From the NCBI GenBank assembly GCA_002794465.1, contig MTSL01000182.1, positions 1-9,484 on the forward strand: a stretch of DNA of 9,484 nt, given 5' to 3'. A model generated the notes under the pieces. The model did no database searches. It was not told the DNA's origin and saw only the letters and a list, made by a program, of their open reading frames with translations. This document shows, in pieces, positions 1-5,006 of the stretch. Made by a program: the position numbers and the translations under genes. Within the stretch, counting starts at the first letter, position 1. The number at the start of each line of letters is the position of its first letter. Source of the DNA: Paramicrosporidium saccamoebae KSL3. Its lineage: Eukaryota > Fungi > Cryptomycota.

Positions 1-259
1 GACAGCATCTACTTATTATTGGTGAGTCCGACTCAGATAGCGGTCCCACAGCTCAGTTTGGTTATATTAGGAATGGTTACCTATAAAGAAGCCATATACT
101 TTAATAAAATTGAGCTCACCCATCAACAACCTCAAAGTCCGATTATATTGAGGATCACAGCTTATAATGGCGCTTTTAATAAAAACATTCGCTCTCGCGT
201 ACTAACAGGGCCCCTTACCACAAACCCCACATAAAGACATTTCGTCGTATTTTTTGTTC

Positions 260-825
260 ATGGCTTCTCGTTTTACCTCCCCAAGACTTCCCTCAGTAAC
301 GTCACTGACATGGCGTGTCGCTCAAATCGTGGGAGGTGCCATTCTATTCAAAGACTATGTGGCTGAAGCAGCTTTATGTGCGGGGGAATCCATGCTCCCT
401 ACTCTGCGTAACGAAGGGGACGTTTTGCTCGTGGAAAAAATCAGTTCAACTCTGCGGTTAGTCCGGCGAGGAGATGTAGTTGTCTGCGTTAGTCCGTCGG
501 ATCCCGATAAATTAATATGCAAGCGGGTCATCGGTCTAGTAGGGTGTCGTAAATTTTCAATTTGTAGGAGAATGACTTGATTGCCATGAATTACGGTGGA
601 ATATTCACATCTCATCAGCAAGTTCCAAAAGGCCATATCTGGATCGAGGGAGACAATTCTACCAAATCACACGATTCTCGAGACTTTGGACCCGTTCCTT
701 ACGGTCTCTTACGGGGCAAAGCCTTATGCAAGGTCCGCACATCTTTTGGTTGCTTTATCCTCTAGATATGGCCATTATCCGAGTTTGGACAAACGTTAGA
801 CAAACAGAGCACTCGAAGTAAATAA
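260..825 (+). CDS. IMP1: Mitochondrial inner membrane protease subunit 1 (peptidase S26 family); exons 260-538, 568-732, 766-825; 167 aa
   Basis: The spliced translation has the catalytic Ser motif GESMLPT, the catalytic Lys motif SPSDPDKLICKRVIGL|END, then VPKGHIWIEGDN..SHDSRDFGPVPYGLLRG and a terminal K|IWPLSEFG. All closely match IMP1/IMMP1L motifs. Two GT-AG introns join three reading segments without a stop. Confidence 0.95.
539..567 (+). other. Spliceosomal intron, 29 nt (IMP1 intron 1, phase 0)
   Basis: gtaggg...tttgtag. Removal joins KRVIGL to ENDLI in the frame of the downstream GDN-containing ORF. Confidence 0.9.
733..765 (+). other. Spliceosomal intron, 33 nt (IMP1 intron 2, phase 0)
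   Basis: gtccgc...tcctctag with a pyrimidine tract. Removal yields the conserved KIWPLSEFG terminus. Confidence 0.9.
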
Positions 826-826
826 A
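821..826 (+). terminator. Candidate polyadenylation signal AATAAA overlapping the IMP1 stop codon
   Basis: The sequence AAA TAA A places AATAAA at 821-826 across the stop at 823-825. Function is inferred. Confidence 0.45.
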
Positions 827-842
827 CGGGCTTATCTCGAAT

Positions 843-884
843 ATGATTGGTTGGGAATCTGAAATCGATTCAAAGCGATTGGCT
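843..884 (-). promoter_or_regulatory. Pair of CCAAT boxes (reverse orientation) upstream of the orphan gene at 945
   Basis: ATTGG at 846-850 and 878-882. The reverse complements AACCAATCAT and AGCCAATCGC fit the NF-Y/HAP consensus RRCCAAT(C/G)(A/G). They are 32 bp apart. Confidence 0.4.
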
Positions 885-944
885 AGCTTTCTGACAACAG
901 GATAGCCAGGTATCGGACAAAAACGTCAAGCCCCATAGCCCCGC

Positions 945-2015
945 ATGCAACAAGAGAGCGAGGAGTCCACTAAAGATCAAAAGCGACGTCCCCTCCGAGC
1001 AACAGAGAGGGCAAGTCTTCAAGCAGGGACGTCAAGTGATCGGAATCGCAGCGGTGCGTTATCCAAGACAGAGCTTGCCGAGCGCAAAAAGCGACAGCGG
1101 CGGCTGAAGAAGCTAGAGAGCTGGCAAGAGAAGGAGCGAGACAAGACAAAAAGCCTGGTAACTCCGCCTGGACAACGAATCTTTCAGTTGCCTCATAGGG
1201 TGAGGCCTCTGAGTTTATTTATACGAATCGGCTCCCTAGAGTCGGATCAAGATGTCATCCCTCAAGAATACTACGATTTATTACCAGAAGAGGACGATAC
1301 GGACGAGGAACAGGGGATGATTCCTCACCCAGAAGTGCTCGCTACCCGGAGTCTCTTTCACTTAGAACCCGGTTTAACTGCTAACGAGGACATGTCCGAG
1401 ACAAACCCTCAAGATATGGAGGGTCGAAGATCTGGTTCGAGGCGGTCCACCAAGAGGCCAAACTCTATTCATCTTCCTCTACAATCGGCAATGAAGAAGC
1501 CTGATACTGGTGCCAAGAAGAGACCACTCTCGTTGCGTTTTCTTGATCCCAAGGATCAAAAGCTCTATTTGGCCATCCAGCGGCACTCAAATAACGACTT
1601 GAAAGAAGATCCACGCGAGTCTGAGCTGCGGAGCTCAATAGATCGCCTCCGTTTGGGAGAGCCCGCTTTTGATCCTCCGCCCACATCCGGGCCTTCAACT
1701 GTGGCAACTTCCAGTGCCGATGAGTCTCCACTAGTAGTTCCTATTGTTGCATCTGTTAAAGCTTGCAATCTCGAAAGCCCTGACTCACAGGGAGATCAGG
1801 GATTCAGTGCTGACGCAGAGCTTACAGAGACCAATTTTGAGGATTGGGATCCTGATAGCGTAGAACTATCACCCCGCAGTACAAATAATGTGAATGGAAA
1901 GCACAGACACACATACCCTCGCGATGTTACGTCTGGCGAGTCTTCGGACATTTCGGGCTACGAGGCCGACTATGATGAAAAAATCTACCGGCGAGACAAT
2001 ACAGCTGCCAAATAA
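945..2015 (+). CDS. Hypothetical protein, 356 aa, charged and probably largely disordered
   Basis: Uninterrupted 1071-nt ORF from ATG to TAA between two housekeeping genes. It has a basic NLS-like patch (ERKKRQRRLKK), acidic tracts and an S/D/E-rich C-terminus. I recognise no family motif. Confidence 0.8.
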   Translation: MQQESEESTKDQKRRPLRATERASLQAGTSSDRNRSGALSKTELAERKKRQRRLKKLESWQEKERDKTKSLVTPPGQRIFQLPHRVRPLSLFIRIGSLESDQDVIPQEYYDLLPEEDDTDEEQGMIPHPEVLATRSLFHLEPGLTANEDMSETNPQDMEGRRSGSRRSTKRPNSIHLPLQSAMKKPDTGAKKRPLSLRFLDPKDQKLYLAIQRHSNNDLKEDPRESELRSSIDRLRLGEPAFDPPPTSGPSTVATSSADESPLVVPIVASVKACNLESPDSQGDQGFSADAELTETNFEDWDPDSVELSPRSTNNVNGKHRHTYPRDVTSGESSDISGYEADYDEKIYRRDNTAAK

Positions 2016-2016
2016 A
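2011..2016 (+). terminator. Candidate polyadenylation signal AATAAA overlapping the stop of the 945-2015 ORF
   Basis: The sequence AAA TAA A spans the stop at 2013-2015 and is followed by an AT-rich tract. Confidence 0.45.
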
Positions 2017-2520
2017 TTTCCTTATTATTTAATGGTGTGACGTAGAGGATTGATTGCGATGTTGTCGAGATTATGAAGCAGGGAAATGTTTAGCTGGGCG
2101 CTGAGTCTTCAATGTTTGGACACTATGCCGGTGAGCCCATATCAGCTGGTGGCTCCCTGTCGCCCAACTTAAATTATGCCGACACTGGTAATACCCCCAC
2201 CACCACCTTGCAATAGAGATGATTCTTGGTAGTGCATCCGAGGCTGATTGGGACGAAAGAATTTGTTAATAGGAACTGTTGCCGAGAGTGAACTAATTTA
2301 TTAAAAGTGCACCTCTTCTATAGGCCACCACACACTGGGCTGCGGAACTGCCGATTGTGATATAGTAGATTGACTAACTGGGGATTTGAGGACAATCTCC
2401 TAGTTTGAAGCAGCTAATAAAAGACAGAGAGAATCGTATCGTTACTATCTGAAGATTATTAATACGTCATTGTCGAGACTCAAAACAGGCCGTTGGATTA
2501 ACAGTGAACGAGATCCTTTT

Positions 2521-2605
2521 CCATCTCTTTCCGCCTTTTTCCATCTCTTTCCGCCTCTTTCCATCCCTTCCCACCTCTCTCCGCCTCTTCCATCTTTTCT
2601 CGCCT
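2521..2605. repeat. Degenerate 10-bp tandem repeat forming a polypyrimidine/polypurine tract
   Basis: Units ccatctcttt, ccgccttttt, ccatctcttt, ccgcctcttt, ccatcccttc, ccacctctct, ccgcctctt, ccatcttttc. About 8 units with alternating cca/ccg starts. Confidence 0.85.
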
Positions 2606-2725
2606 GGCTTGGTCCACGGTATCTCTCCCACTACGCAACACTGACCATAAACAGATATTGTTCAACAGAGACAAATGCTAAAAAGCTCTTTATTCTTTTA
2701 GCGGGCTTTCTAGTCATTGGCTACG

Positions 2726-3638
2726 ATGCTTTCAGGACAGTCCTTGGAGGTCCCATCCGTCTTTAGGACGTCGCATCTTAGCATCCGAGAACCCAGCGGC
2801 CCAAGCAAAATTACCTTAAAAGTCATCTCGGGAAAGGAAGAATATGCAGAACGTATTATGGCACTTCCTGCAAATATTGGGAGGGCCGTAGACTGGCGGG
2901 TGCGGCCATCGCCACGGAATGGGCTCTTTGTGAGCCCGTTCCTTTCACGACATCACGCAGTGATAAAACCTGACCGTGGAGGAGTAGGCGGAGTGTTTTT
3001 CTAATTTTTTAGGTTGTTGTAGAAGACCTTGGTTCGATTAACGGAACATTTGTCAACGGTGTAAGCGTGAAATCTGGAGAACCATGGCCGTTGGCCGACG
3101 GAGATTTGCTGCAGTTTGGTTCTGAAGATGAAGATGCCAACAGTACACGTAACAGTCAGGGTTCTAATCGCACTAGATGCCGCCATTGTCGTGCAAATAT
3201 TCTTTGAATCACAAGTCAAGCCCATGGCAAGCCTGGCACTAAGGATTGAAGATGACCCATTTGGCTCTGAACCACTGATCCCGCAGACAGGGTCAAGCGA
3301 TGCACTTTGTCACAAAATTGGAAATATTTCTAGGAGCCTAGCTTCACTAGGAGTGTCGCTTAGAACGACAGTGCCGCTGCGTGGACAGAGTTCCCAGGCA
3401 GGAATGCTGCAAGTCTTGGATTCCATCGAAAGTCTTGTACAAGAGCTTGTCCAAGACGGAGGAAGAGTGAACCCGATCGAGGCCAGAGAATATGCGACAA
3501 TTCATCAGAAACCAAATCTTGCTGCTGCCATCAAGATTATCGTAACCCATGCAAAGGTATTCTGATTCTTTTTAGAGTGTCTATGAGATGCTTTTCTGTT
3601 TACTTGCTCTGATAATTACACTATTGATCTGTCTATAA
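2726..3638 (+). CDS. FHA-domain tail-anchored protein, SLMAP/Far10/Vps64-like; exons 2726-2983, 3013-3148, 3177-3541, 3576-3638; 273 aa
   Basis: FHA signature IGR...NGLFVSPFLSRHHA...|VVVEDLGSINGTFVNG...DGDLLQFG...T|HAAIVVQI resembles the SLMAP/Far10 pattern (IGR..NxxFDxKVLSRxHA, THGCIV). The last exon encodes the hydrophobic tail SVYEMLFCLLALIITLLICL*. The FHA domain is secure; the subfamily call and start codon are less so. Confidence 0.8.
2984..3012 (+). other. Spliceosomal intron, 29 nt (FHA gene intron 1)
   Basis: gtaggc...ctaattttttag with a CTAAT branch-like site. Removal joins the SRHH and DLGSINGT halves of the FHA domain. Confidence 0.9.
3149..3176 (+). other. Spliceosomal intron, 28 nt (FHA gene intron 2); alternative in-frame donor at 3143 would give 34 nt
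   Basis: gtaaca...ttctaatcgcactag with a CTAAT branch-like site. Restores the frame into the 3116-3565 ORF and gives NSTHAAIV. Confidence 0.8.
3542..3575 (+). other. Spliceosomal intron, 34 nt (FHA gene intron 3)
   Basis: gtaacc...ctgattctttttag, phase 0. Removal opens a 20-aa hydrophobic terminal exon. Confidence 0.75.
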
Positions 3639-3654
3639 TAAGAATGTTCCTGTG

Positions 3655-4260
3655 CTATTTACATTTTGCACCTCTTGGACCTGGATTCCTCCTCTCTGCC
3701 TCAGGAATCCACCTCGATATGTGCAGGTAGCGAATCATGCCATCATGGGAAACAAATGCCACCACTAACTGCTTCTTTGCTGTTGCAGCTACTCGATTGA
3801 GCGCAATAGCCTCTCGCCACACAAACTCTGGACATGGATCAGGCCGCACCACAACGGCATAGGGTGCGTGCTCTGTCTCGGGGCTGGTACGGTACAGAAG
3901 AAAGTCTGTGCCATAATTCAGTCCACCCTGAACGATCCATCCACGAGCTCGCAAGTCGGAATATATTAACATTTGGCGATATGCCGTCTCCCCGTAATCA
4001 CTTTTAATCAGCCGGTGTAGCTGTTCTAAAGTGCAGGTGGTTCCCTGCTGTGATAGGGAAAATTCAAACTGCAAATGTCCCTCTGCACATTTGTTCAGGA
4101 GATAGCACGTCTCTGAGAGCGACAGTGTTCCATAAAGAGGGGTTGTACGGCTGTCCTTTTGCGGTGATACGCCGAAAAAACCGCTAGTCCATAGAAACGG
4201 TGCATCGTCTGGTGGAACAACAACCATGCCTGTAGTCAGTTCTGCTCTCACCGTCCTCAT
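3655..4260 (-). CDS. SEN2: tRNA-splicing endonuclease catalytic subunit Sen2, 201 aa, intronless
   Basis: Sen2-type motifs LWTSGFFG, LSLSETCYL, YSDLRARGWIVQGGLNYGTDFLLYR, EHAPYAV, WREAIALNRVAATAKKQL and RWIPEAER. The catalytic Tyr (LLYR), His (EHAPY) and Lys (AKK) are all present. GFFG, LNRV and RW.P..ER favour Sen2 over Sen34. Confidence 0.88.
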   Translation of the reverse strand: MRTVRAELTTGMVVVPPDDAPFLWTSGFFGVSPQKDSRTTPLYGTLSLSETCYLLNKCAEGHLQFEFSLSQQGTTCTLEQLHRLIKSDYGETAYRQMLIYSDLRARGWIVQGGLNYGTDFLLYRTSPETEHAPYAVVVRPDPCPEFVWREAIALNRVAATAKKQLVVAFVSHDGMIRYLHISRWIPEAERRNPGPRGAKCK

Positions 4261-4283
4261 GTAAAATAAATCATTTTTGGTTG

Positions 4284-4335
4284 TCCTGCTATTAAGCGCC
4301 AGAGCAGTATATGCTATAACGAGCCAAATGTGTCA
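4284..4335. repeat. Diverged direct repeat, copy 1 (52 bp)
   Basis: Aligns with 4424-4477 at 44 of 52 positions plus a 2-nt indel. Shared exact core gctataacgagcca at 4313-4326. Confidence 0.85.
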
Positions 4336-4418
4336 AACCACATTGCCTCACCAGACAATGACCACGTATGTATTTAGTTCTACTTTTACCGCCATCACGT
4401 AAATTAAACCACTTTTAC

Positions 4419-4836
4419 TCAATTCCTGCGATTAAACACCAGACAGCAGTGTGCGCTATAACGAGCCAGATGCGTCAGGAAGCCAACGCGTCGGCCCATA
4501 TTCCGAGCTTCGTACTAAATCAACACTCCTGGACTCTGATACTTGCTCCATTCCTGTCACCCGCGACAAGTGAGTCTCCTGTAGCTCGAGCGCCAGTACA
4601 TCCAGATCGTTCTGCAGATCGGGATGATGTTGTGAGATGGACGGCAAGGAGACGCCATAGTAGACTGCGGTTGGCAGGCTGTTTGGGATGGGAGTAGGTG
4701 GACGGTCAAAGGAGAGATCACGGCGCATCTCTGGAAGATATTTCGGGCTTGGTGGGGGGTTCTGCACATCCTCCATACGGAATATCATGATATGCTCATC
4801 AAAGGGATCGACGGTCATCTCAGCAGGAAGCTGCAT
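4419..4836 (-). CDS. Hypothetical protein; preferred model has exons 4836-4543 and 4514-4419 (129 aa); the unspliced ORF 4836-4456 gives 126 aa
   Basis: ATG-initiated Pro/Ser-rich ORF. A 28-nt GT-AG segment (4542-4515) in the same size class as the other introns shifts it to the frame YEARNMGRRVGFLTHLARYSAHCCLVFNRRN*. No family recognised, and both the start and the 3' structure are uncertain. Confidence 0.6.
4424..4477. repeat. Diverged direct repeat, copy 2 (54 bp)
   Basis: Partner of 4284-4335, with the core gctataacgagcca at 4455-4468. Confidence 0.85.
4515..4542 (-). other. Probable spliceosomal intron, 28 nt
   Basis: gtatca...ttgatttag, phase 0. It leads into the frame that is synonymously conserved between the two direct repeats. 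Confidence 0.6.
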
Positions 4837-4892
4837 ACAACCTTGAGCTTGGGGTAGAATCTGTAAGCTTGTTTATCGGCTGGAGTATTTCA

Positions 4893-4944
4893 GACCAATC
4901 ATCTCTCTAAAGTGTTCATGGGCATCGAGCGTCCTACCAATCAT
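4893..4944 (+). promoter_or_regulatory. Pair of CCAAT boxes upstream of the minus-strand orphan gene starting at 4836
   Basis: GACCAATCAT (CCAAT at 4895-4899) and TACCAATCAT (CCAAT at 4937-4941), 42 bp apart, with an 8-9 nt identical core. Confidence 0.4.
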
Positions 4945-5006
4945 ATTACTGTGTATATACAAGATTGAAGAAGATAGGTCTACAAAAAGCTATATATTGT
5001 CTCTGG

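Noticed and set aside
19-234. 71-aa plus-strand ORF at the window start
   Set aside because: Non-ATG start, no recognisable motif, and it sits in AT-rich sequence upstream of IMP1. A short minus-strand MGELNFIK... start at 123 could not be extended convincingly either.
910-938. 29-nt GT-AG segment just upstream of the 945 ATG
   Set aside because: It has intron size and a CAG|GTATC donor, but the upstream in-frame sequence hits TGA at 892 with no ATG. At most it is a 5' UTR intron, and it is unsupported without cDNA.
2217-2270. U4 snRNA-like or box C/D-like fragment (gatgatt...atccgaggctga...aatttgtt)
   Set aside because: No U6-pairing 5' end, no proper K-turn partner or Sm site, and no full RUGAUGA box.
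2420-2436. ACAGAGA resembling the U6 snRNA box
   Set aside because: It is not followed by AGAUUAGC or the U6 internal stem-loop.
2470-2766. 98-aa plus-strand ORF
   Set aside because: TTG start, and its openness and Pro/Ser/Leu/Phe content are explained by the pyrimidine repeat.
1434-3037. GGTTCGA T-loop-like hits at about 1434 and 3031
   Set aside because: Both lie inside coding exons with no cloverleaf or A-box context, so they are not tRNAs.
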